From Marsupella aquatica (Eukaryota > Plantae > Marchantiophyta), in NCBI GenBank assembly GCA_973895155.1, contig OZ316898.1, positions 14,476,330 through 14,540,329 on the forward strand: DNA of 64,000 nt, given 5' to 3'. The notes below the pieces were generated by a model that saw only the letters and a list, made by a program, of their open reading frames with translations, ran no database searches and had not been told where the DNA came from. Each line of letters starts with the position of its first letter. Within the stretch, counting starts at the first letter, position 1. Both the position numbers and the translations under genes were made by a program. Below are positions 1-23,100 of this stretch, piece by piece.

Positions 1-455
1 TTAAAAGAATTTATATAATACTGACTTAATGCATATTACCATATGCTTGCCACGGGACCTCGCACGGGACCAGATCTCTCAGCTCAGCTTGCACAAACAT
101 AGAAACATGTCACTTGAAAAGAACCCTTTTAAATAGACACGTAGCAATGTGATCAAGACTGAAGCAACCCAAATATTCTCCTTCTACTTCTGCCAAACAC
201 ACCAACTACATTACAATTGATCCATGTACCCCCAAGTTTGCCACTAACATAAACTCTATGGATATTGATTAGTGACACAAGCATGTGGCACCTTAATCAA
301 ATGAGAGGTGGTAAGTTATGGGGTAAGTTAGCACTGGTTCGCATTGGGAATAAAGGTTGGAACATGGGGCCTATTTAAGTTTTACCCCTAGTCTAAAAAC
401 CCTATCATTTCTTATAATTCTCAAAATCGGATTGAAATGACCATAATGTTCTTAC

Positions 456-760
456 CCCGGGGTCCTCACTTCTTTTCTTCCAACCCATCACGCACGAATA
501 AGTATAGGGTTTTTTATTGGGTTTAATGAAATACTTTTAAATTTTTGTTGAAGAACATTAGGGTTATTTTAATCCAATTTTGAGAATTATAAGAATCATA
601 GGGTTTTTTAAATCAAATATGAGAATATTCTTGGAATATTCTATTAAGTTAGGGGTAAAAAAATTCCTAAAAGAAACTTTATTGACTTAACTTTTAGGGT
701 GTTTATTCCCCCAAAACTTTGAGCGTGATATGGGACACCCCTTGGATTGAGGCCCCCGAG
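456..760. mobile_element. MITE (CTCGGGGG-type TIR family), 305 bp, 8-bp TSD GTTCTTAC
   Basis: Termini CCCGGGGTCCTCA ... TGAGGCCCCCGAG are near-perfect inverted repeats. GTTCTTAC is duplicated at 448-455 and 761-768. The AT-rich interior shares GAGAATATTCTTGGAATATT with the MITE at 32806-33092. Confidence 0.8.
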
Positions 761-2452
761 GTTCTTACACATCATTTAGAACCAATTAAACGACCATATG
801 TTTTGTTGCACATGATGTGCCATGTTTGCTGAAGTGAAACCCTTGAAATTGAGAGTTGAGTGAAGGCTTACTTCAGTTACCAAGACTTCTCAAAGGCCCG
901 CTCAAAGGTACTCTTGGTAACTTATTGGGCTTAGCTGGTCCTTGTAAGGACATATTAGTCTGAGCTGTTAGCTGGGCTTATCTTTGCTTGCGATGGGGTT
1001 GCCTTCTTTGGGTACCCATTTCCTTTTCCGGCCAACCACTAGTGTTTGATGTCTGTAGTCCTTGCTTTGAGGTGTTGGGTTTGGCCTGTGTTGGCCCCTT
1101 GTTCTTTTTGTGGCTTTTGCATTTGGTTTAGTTATTGATGACCCTTTGCCGGATCCAAAATAAAGAAACAAATACTTGGCAAGATTGCTCAGTTACTTAC
1201 CTATTAAACTCAACCTCCTCAGTTGATAATAGTCAAGCCGGGCCTTTAGTTTTAGAAAAAATTACCACATTGTTAAGATTTCAAAATATATGATAGAGCT
1301 ATACGCTTGGACTATATCACTTTTATAAACATATTGCTTGGATAGTATTTCTTAGCTCTAATCCATGAATCCATGGAAACATGTGTTTGAACTGGGATAA
1401 CATACATTTAGAGTAAATTGGTTGATTTTCATGCAACATTTCCATGCAAAGAGCATTTTGGTATCCCGTGAATTTCAGAAATTTGGGTGTGGATCTCATT
1501 ATAACTTATGACTCATACCTATGGTGTTACCATGATCTACACAACGGAAAAGTATCATTTATGATAATATACACAAATTTAGAGTAGTATAGTCTTTTCT
1601 CTTGCCCCTTGGGTTAATGTTTGTCCCTTTCTGCCAGTTTGATTGCAACTTCTCTTTTGAATACATCTGGTGCACCTTCAGTTTTAAACAAAAACACTAA
1701 TAATAGCAAACAAACAAATCCAAACTATCATAAAAAAAGCCAAGAGGAGTTTCAAACCTATTGTTCCCCATTCTGTTTTGCTGCAGGAGGAATATTTGGT
1801 TGCATGACACAAACCCAACTTTCAAACGAACTTTGGTTTTTTGGTGTGAAATGAGTCACAACACTGCCCTAGGGTAACTCAAAATCATCACATTGAAAAG
1901 TTGATCATCTTGTTAAAGCCCCACTGGCCCCCCATGCAAAACCTGGTTGATCCAGGTTACTAAAGTAAGCGCAAAACGTTCTCAAGACAGTTAAAAAAAC
2001 AAGCTCTTTTGTCCTCCCCGAACGTGGTGAACACTAGCGATTTAAGGGCACTCATGCATTATTGTGAACCAATTTTTGGTGAAAATGGAACAGCTGGTTT
2101 AATTAAGATGCCCTGTTTGGGGGCCTTGTTCAAACGGGGGGCCAAGGAAACGGCCTGGCCATGGACATGCTCTCCCGCTTTCAGAGTGGAAGCGTATGAA
2201 ACACGGCTCAGGTCTTTGTTCTGGAGCGGCACCGTCGGTATATATTTGCAGTCGGGAGATGAAAGCTGTTGATGCTCGTTCTCCCATCACGAGGGGGAGG
2301 GAACTCGTAGATTGGGAGAGTTGTTAGGTCAGGAGACGGGGAAAGCTCGAGAGTGTCGAACGGGAAAACAAGGGAATTCCTGGAGTAGTCGATCAGAAGG
2401 GGTGGAATTTCTCATCCAAAGAGCATTCTGCTGACAGAAGCGTCACGCAACG

Positions 2453-14427
<11,975 letters not shown>

Positions 14428-14759
14428 TTTGTGATGGTGGTTTAGTTTCACACTTAAGCTGGCCGGAGACTTGTAAACTTGCCTTTGAACCTAGTTTGCC
14501 ACAAATTTTGGTAGCAGCAGAATCATCCTGTATTGTACAACGCATTGAGTTAAATATCCATTGAGCAAATCTGTACTCGCGGTCGGTCGTCAGTTGTTGG
14601 CGTAAGAATCACATTCAAGATTTTCCATCCCTCGTTGTAGAAGCTCGTTTGATGAGGTTGTGCAAGCTGCGGTTGTTTCTTGTCAGAAAATTCCAGTACT
14701 TTGTTCAGATTAGGTGTTACTTAATGGAGCAGTAAGAAGTGATATTGGAATCTTCTGTA

Positions 14760-15340
14760 CCAGACATCTCAGAGAGGTATATGCTTGATGGGACATCTCG
14801 GAGATATTTGCTTGATGGGACTGTTGCCAAAACAGATTTTCGGGATATACCCCTCACAAAAATGATGTTTAAAATTCGGTCATGTTTTGTATACATGGTT
14901 TTATGCATGATTAATTTTACATTTCCCATTGTATTCCATCACGTCATAATCCACCACGGGTATCTTTAAAGGAGTGTACATTTATGTCTTACCATGATTT
15001 TTATGTCTTTTAATTCACCACGAATATCTGCCACCATGGGTATCTTTAAGGAGTGTACATTTATGTCTTAACATGATTTTTATGTCTTAACATGATTATA
15101 GAGTTTTCATGGGTCCGCCTCTACATGATAGCAGGTTTATACAACTAATGGGTCCGCCTCAATATGATAGCAAGGTTTATACAACTTTCAAGGATTGATT
15201 CCATGTTGTGTTTATTTCACATTTTGTCAAATTTTGAGAGTGCAGCCAAAAGTAAAAGATTGTTAGGATTATTTGTGAGAAAATAACACCCATGTTGTCT
15301 TTGTTTCACACTGGGATTGTCTTTGTTCCACACTGGGATC
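14760..15340. repeat. Cluster of short local tandem duplications between the convergent genes
   Basis: GACATCTC..TGCTTGATGGGA x2 (~14764-14820). CCACCA(C/T)GGGTATCTTTAA(A)GGAGTGTACATTTATGTCTTA.CATGATTTTTATGTCTT x2 (~14951 and ~15031). ATGGGTCCGCCTC..ATGATAGCA(A)GGTTTATACAACT x2 (15109, 15148). TTGTCTTTGTT(T/C)CACACTGGGA x2 (~15295, ~15317). Confidence 0.75.
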
Positions 15341-17185
15341 TACAACATGTGCTTGGATTATTCTTACTCGATTCGAACCAATCCCAATTTAATTATCCAA
15401 AGGTTTGGAAGCAATCCACTACCAGGATTGTTGTCATCAATGCCCTCGTGTAAATACTCCCTAGACTATCGCAACAACTACACTCCTTCACTGTTGCGAG
15501 GAAAAGGTATTGTTGGATTGGCAAGGTAGTGTGTGCTAACAAACTAATGTACAATTTGTTGTTGCCTATCACAATGTGCACAAGGTCTGCTTCCGAGTTA
15601 TTTTCTGTCCAATTTGCAATAAATGAATTTTTTTTCCATATACAACTTTGGTTTTACTACTTGTTAATACCAATGTGAATTTGCATCATTGAATACAAAG
15701 TACAACATGCACTTGGGATTTGAAGTGATGAGCCCATCGTTGCTACAGGGGTTCTGGATGAAATTCTTACATTAGGTTCATATGCATCAAATAAATTTAA
15801 TGTCTCTAAGTAAGACGGCCGGCAGTGATTCCGATCGCAGAAAAGTTACCAAACTGATGTGGCACTTATATGATGGGGTATTGAGAACAAAAGAGTTAAA
15901 GTTTCTCTAGTTTCGGTGCTGTATCGAACGCAATGTTTGGTGGAGCTGCCTCCAAGTCTGACACCCCCGTCCCGCAGCAATCTTTGCTCGGATGGAAGCA
16001 TAACAGTTGTTCCAATATTTGCATCCATGCCACAACAATAGCCCCACTCACCCTGCCTCAATATGCATTGAGTTTTCTAATTTCTACAACCTATCATCAC
16101 ATGCTCTAGATCCGTAATCATAGAATAGCAGGATAATGTCTGCAATGCTGTCATGGGTTTCAGAACGATCATTGAACGGAAGAATTTGACCGATTCATCT
16201 CCCTCATCAACTCATCCTCTCCCGACTACAACTGAGCTTAGTTGTCGAAACCAAGATGGACGATGATACCACCGAATTGTAGAGTAGGTAACCACAAGTT
16301 TGAAAACGAATGCCATTCAAATCAATTGGACTGACGCAGGTAAGACACATCTCTGACAATTGCTTCACTTAGAACGCACAAATTCACCGAGATAATCGGA
16401 ATCACCGAGGAGCCGGGGAAAAGATTTTCAGATTGAACTATTTATCAAAGTTTTTCAAAATTTCAGTAGTTCAAATTCGATGAACAAACCTTCTACTATG
16501 AAAGTGTCCAGCATGACAAAAGCTTTTTCCAGATTGAGATCTTCTCGGAAAATGTTGTATCTCGTCTGTTCCGAAACTACAGAGTCGAGCTTGTCAACAT
16601 CTGTGTTTGGAGACATATCAACACTATCCCATATTTCAAAATTTCTAACCGCAAACATTCAACGCAATTGCCTAACAAAAAATGGTGTTCACACCACGGA
16701 GATCAAGCTTTTCCCGTGACATTTATCTTTTGAGCCGATCCTTGAACCGTTCGCATCGGTCTACACGGCAACCTCCGACCACATAATCCCGGCCATACAT
16801 CTGTGATCTATCATAATGGAGCTTTTGAGTACTCCCGAAGAAAACTGACAAGCCTTGCTCCAGCGAATCACACGTCCAGAGCCCTGCTCAGGCAAAAAGT
16901 TACAGCAGCAGTCGAAAGTCAATACGCTGTTGCTGGAATGTTTTAGAAAACGTCCAGAAGGTCTCAGAACCGAGGTTAGAACATAACTGATCAACGCAAT
17001 CCATCCTTTAAGCTATGCGACACCACTCCCAGAGAAATCTCCCTTGAATGTGTGACGCGTAAAATGTTGGCTCACCTATCAGGCGTAGTTGAAATTACGA
17101 AAACAAAAAACACAACGCGATGACTCTTTCCAGCTGTATACAAAAGAGAACAAGAATGTGCCGTCTCACCTGTAGTGATATCTCT

Positions 17186-20100
17186 TCATAGCAGTGAGGC
17201 AACCTTTGGTCTCAGGCTCTTAGCCAGTCCTTCGAATCTTCGACTAAGTTGGACTTCATCGAGGCTTACTTCAAAGGTACCATCCCCTGCCTTCGCCATA
17301 TCCTCCAGTGTCTTGCGGGAGGGATCGTTCCCGAACATAATGGTATGCAGTTGGAGCTTGGGATCCAAGGCCTTCATCGCACCGATATGAAACAGCGGGT
17401 CGCTACCTCCATTGTTACCACCATCACTAAGAAAAATAATAACAGGGCTCTTACGACTCAAGCGAGCGTCCTGCGCAGCGAGTGACAAGATCTGTTCGGC
17501 ATTCTGCAATCCACTCGAGTAGGTCGTGGATCCGTTGGCATGGTGCTGAAGTAGGTCGTCCACGAGACTCTCCTTCAACTCTTGAAGGCTGATAACAGTA
17601 TGAGCGGTATGATTAAATAAAATTACGGATGCAATGTCTTCCTGCACGGACGATAGACGAGTTCGTATAAACCGCAGTATAGCTTCGTACACGCAGCCCA
17701 ATCTGTTTCCATGATAGGCTGAAAACTTTGTCATAGTTGGTCTGATATCTCCCGACTCCATGGAACTTGACCGGTCGATTATGAAAATAACATTCACGGC
17801 GACATTTGTGGAGTGATCACAGCTGAAGTGATGGCCATCATCGGTGATGTATCCAGTTCCGAACTTCACGAGATCAGTTTTGGGGGACAGGCTGATGCCA
17901 CACAGTCTCTGTGCAGTAAGAGATCTTTTGGGCAACACCTCCACTTGCAGGATTGTGCTCGTCTGATTTGCACTGATGGTTGCAGAGAGCGAACTGCTTT
18001 TGCTCCTCAGCACTGCAAGGATCCTCGAACCTCATATATTCCCAGAATGCAGAGTGCGTCATCTCATCTTTGGGCATATCAAAGTCGGGTCCATATTTCC
18101 GCACCTCGTGCTGTGAACCGTCAAACATCTTTCTACAAGTGCCACCAGCCTTGTTGGCAGGGCAATGAATTAAATGAACGTGACCCCGACCTTGAGCTTT
18201 ACAGTGCATCTGGCACATCTCTGCCACGCCAGATTCTCCCCATGCGTACTTACGGTCAAGAATATCTATCTCCTCTGATTCAGCAACAAAATTCACATCC
18301 CTCATATTCCCATGCGTTGTATTGTGAAGTCCACCGTGTTCAATGGGACGATTACAGAAATACCCACAGCAGGGACATCTTGTTGCGCAAAAGTGGACGG
18401 CATCAGGATTAGAGCTGTGTGAATGGGGTCCGTCATGTCTGTCCTTGTAGGGAGGGATAACGATGCAACAGCCTTTCCTATTTCCGTTCTGCTCCGAAAC
18501 CAGCAAATAATCGAAGGTAGCTCGTTGTCCTGTGAAGGTCTGAGTTTTCTTACTCACCTCTGTCAGAACCTCGCAATTGCCTTTGTATTCACAGTGCTCA
18601 GAGCATGGATGCTCTACTCCGCACAAGTGTTGAGTAACTTCAGGATCTATCCCGTGGAAGTGATCTTCTGCCGCACAGGTTCGGTTGCAGTCTGTCATTG
18701 TGCACCGTCGGGGACAAAACTTTTCGTGGCAAGCATGGATCTCATGATCACCGACATCAATTGGACTGACACAAGGGTTCTTACAAGAAGGCAAGGAGCA
18801 AACTTGATTGCAAATATGCTGTCTAGAGTTGCACTGATGGTCTCCTGAATGTCCTGATTTCTTCGAGCAATTCCCGTTGCAATTGGACGATGTCGCTGCG
18901 TAGGTGCAGCACTTACCACAGGTGTGACTTTTCTCGTAACAATCATGTGGACCGTCATGACCAGCTTGATCATTGCAAGGCCCTGCGCCAAGGGCACTTT
19001 CCTCTTCCAGACAATATGTGCACAACGCCACGCACCTATGATCGCCCATACAAGTATGAACGGAAGGGTGTCCCTTTTCTTGAACGCATCTCAGGAAGCA
19101 CCTTTCACACTTGCAGCTGCAAAGGAGTAATTTCTGCTGAACCTCTGCGAGGAGCGCCACAGCTTCGAATTGTAACTTTTGAATATCTCCATCATTTGGA
19201 AAATCGGAAGTATTCGAAGCAATCCACTCTAAGACTCTACTCTTACGACGACGTACCAACGCGCTCACGAAGTTCTCGAAGAAAGAATGCCATTCCTCGT
19301 CCTTCTCCCCCTTTCGAGAAACAATGGTCTTGAACCTGGCCATCAAGTTGAAGAGAATATCCCCTGTAACTTTCTTTTCCCCAAAAGCAGAGAGCTCGAG
19401 CGCTGTATCACTTACAGGAAAATCGATGTCCTGAACAACAACCGGCTCATCTATTATGTCTACATAATCATCAAACTGAATCAGAGGTTTGCAAATTCCC
19501 TCGGTTACGAAGCAGCCGATGCTGATAGCACTTTTGAGATGTTTTTTGAGCAAGTTGATCCTGAGGGCCACTCGCTTTGAGTCGATTGGTGACCAGTCTT
19601 TGGTAGTGATTTGTGAAATAATCAATTTCAGGTCAAGTAGGAAACTCCTCCCGCTCAGGTAAGTTGCATTGAGTTCCTGTACTGTCCGAGCAATATCTAC
19701 AATGCTCTCATGAAATTCAATTCTGTTGAAGGACGGCATTGCTGAAATCTCAACCGCACCTCCATACATTCTGGTTAAAAAATTGTCCTGAGACTTGCTG
19801 CAGATCTGAGAAATTTTACTGAAGAACTCTTTCTTCAAATCGTCCACATCTGATATATCCACATCCTTAATAGCCATGTAAAATAGTCCTCGAAAGAGCT
19901 TGGCGTCGGTTTTCACCAACGACACGCCGTTCTGGAATCGCTCAAATATGGCTTCCGTTTCTTTATCCAAATGAAAATCCTGAACATTCCGCAACACAGC
20001 CAGATCTCAATTATGAGCCAAAACAAGGGGACTTTTTTTACTGCAACTAAAGCCAGGCAAGAGTACATATACAGTACTTGTAACAAGTGAATGTAAATTG

Positions 20101-23100
20101 CCCTTAAATCAAGTTTTAATGCAGCGTCCATGGCTCCACCTCTGGAGGAGGATCGACTCTCACACATGGAATTCACTGAGGAACAAAGGGGTGGATGCGC
20201 GGACGGCAAAGAAAGGCAGTACGGAATCGACACAGGAACATCAATAAAGGACACCGACCTTCTTATTGAAAATTGGCAAGTTCGAAACAGCCGCGTTCAA
20301 CAGGGAGAGAAGCATATCCTCCTGCTCGCTCCTTTCAAAGCTCCCCAGACCCTCGAAATCAAGGAGAACGTAAAGACAACCGTCCCCTTGACGCAACGTC
20401 ATCCACACACCATCGGTGCATCGTCCACCCGCAACATCCAGCAGGGACCCGCTCAAATGGTTGAGAAGATACGATTTTCCGCTGCTCTGCTTACCCATGG
20501 ATGAAATAACTTTGACGGGCCCCTTCCAACTGTCGTAAATGGCTTCGTACAGACCAAAGCGGATGACATTCGCCAAAGAGATGGCATCAGCATAGTCTAC
20601 ATTACCAGACAACTGAAGACCATCCACAAGTGGTTTCAAAGCATTTTGCTCTGCCCGAGCAATCTGAATCGGAACTAAACATATGAGCCTACTCATCCAA
20701 ATCCCCATCTGCACCTCCAGACCAGCAGGAGATCCCTCATCAACGTCCGACGGCAGATCTTCGGGAATCTGAAACTTGTCAGCATCGTAGACCGAAACAG
20801 CAAGCTGTAGAGCAGAGAAATCCTTACCCTTGTCTCTCTTAAGTCTACCAAGGGAAGTTTGAATATAGTCCCTGCACCTGTCACTCAGAGTTGCACTGAG
20901 ACCCTTTAACACCAACCCCAGATGCAATTCTCTCGAGTGTTCACTCAGAGGCGGACTGGTTGCGTACTTTTCGAAAATTTGGTATATGAAATCCAACACA
21001 GGACCCGACTGCATCGCTGCAGACTTCTTCTCGATATCAGCGACTTCTTCAGGCCGTGTCACCTGCTGCAGCTCACAAACTTCTGATGCCGATGAAATTT
21101 TAATAACCTGGGACCTGAGTCTGGATGGGGACAGGCTGTCAAAAACTACTAGATGCATCTGGGATGAAAACGATACAAGTCCGATTACCAGCTTCGACGA
21201 ATCCTTGACATTCATGTCCAAAGGTATCGAGCTGAAATGCTGTAACGAATCATTAATTTTGTACACATCTAATGTTAAATACTGCTCCTCTGAGGCCAGA
21301 GATGCAGCTATGGAATCTTCCGTGTTCGTCCGATCAGTCGGCGGATGCGACGAGTCTCCGGTGATCTCATTGTCAAGGCCCTCAGTTGCTTCAAGATCAC
21401 ACTCGACTTCATTATCAACTCGCTGTTGCCTTACACTGGCTCCATTGTCGTCCTCTGTGCACTTCACATTGCGCAGCCCCGTGCGCAGCAATAGCAAACA
21501 AGACCCTTGTGTCGTGACGCAAGTTTGGACGATCGGGGCGTGCCCTACATGAACATTACCCGATCTTACCATTCCTGGCTGGTTCACTTCGCACAACCTC
21601 ACTCGATGAAGATCATCCATGAAAACGATCTCACTTTTGCCGGTGACAAAATCCATCCAGATTAAACGAGCAATCGCACTGTACTCACCGAGATTAATGT
21701 CGACTCCTGTCCAGTCCATATGATGGAAAGCCTCGTCGAAGCGAAAAGTTTTAATTGTGGAAATCGAGCCATCATAAAAAGCTACGAAGCGAGATCTTTC
21801 ATCAAATGCAACCAAGTCAAAGCCTCTTCGCATTGTCTTGATAAGGTTTTTATCCGATAGCTTCACACCAAGTTTGGGGCATAGATAAATTAAAAGAGTC
21901 TTCGGCTCACCGTGCCCCTCGATGACGAATACAAGCAACTGGCCTGACTTCAGGAAGACTACTCTCAAAAGTACTTGGGTGCTAGGATCCAGGTCGATAA
22001 TTTCCTTACTTGCAGAGCAAGTCGGGCTGAATGAATATTCGTTATCGAGGACGAGCTGATCCAAATCCTCTTTCATTGGGGCCAATTCGCACCCATACCA
22101 CGTAATGCTCTCCTTCTCAAATGCTTCTCGGACGTAATTAATGGAAATCTTTTGACCATCTGCATTAGACTGGATTAATGATTGAAAAAACCGTCGAGGG
22201 GCCCATCTTCCAGATCTGTCAATAAGATTGCATGATTTAACAGTAAATGTTAACGAACCAGTACTGTCCTTTCTTGAAAGACGATCTTTCTGAGAGCGTA
22301 GGAAAGCTTTCTCCTCTTTCTGTAAGGTAGCTTGAAGCCTTTCGTAGCTTTCCGAACACTGCTTCCTGATTTTCCGATTCAGCAACAAGGTCGTAAACCT
22401 TCGAATGTGTGAGATCCTCGATTGAAAATCGCGCCGAAATGTTTTGTACACGTCGATACAGAGATTATTTAGCCCTGCAGAAATGGAAAACTGAGGTTCT
22501 GCCCTTGAATTTTGAAGCTCATCCCACTTTCCCCGTGCGAATTCGAGGACAGGTGTGGGTAGAAACCGTACCAGTACGCCTAGAGGATTCTCTGAGGCCA
22601 GGGTCTGGCGAGATAATTCCGCAGTCACATTGAATTCGGATTTACCAAGCTTTTCTGAAATAGCTGTCAACAATGCGGCTTGTCTCAAAATATTGGGGAA
22701 CGCCATCTGCTGACCCAGCCATTCTCTCAAATCTCCATTTCTGCGAAGTGGCTGTAGTTTCACCCTTTCCCAAGACCAGTCGTTCAAACTGAAACTCAAA
22801 TCTTCGTCAGAAAGAAGTGGACCATCGTCATCCATGGCTATACATCGATGGACTGTGCCAGTCTTCGGTGCTGCTGATGAACCATCTTTGCACCTCACGG
22901 TGACCCTGTCACCGTAAAATGCTGGCGCTATTTTGCTGGAGGCATTTCCAGAACTGGATCCCGCTGGAGCAATAGTCCAGAGCGTTACTTTGTCACGATT
23001 TGTAACATCCTTCCCAGTCGATGAGTTCAACACTCGGACTACCGAAGTGGGAAATATTATCCTCTGTTCGGAATTCGTACCGAAAAGGAGACCGTAGATC

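Noticed and set aside
16455-16658. 67-aa minus ORF with faint likeness to AP-complex sigma subunits (NLEKAFVMLDTFIVEG)
   Set aside because: It is too short, has no supportable exon structure, and the resemblance covers only a few residues.
17874-18013. The VWA ORF as a separate gene, or an intron bridging the two frames
   Set aside because: The ORF's upstream part has no ATG and overlaps the Cys-rich frame. The C..WH.P..GY..DGH.F.C motif spans the junction with no space for an intron, and a 1-nt indel explains it.
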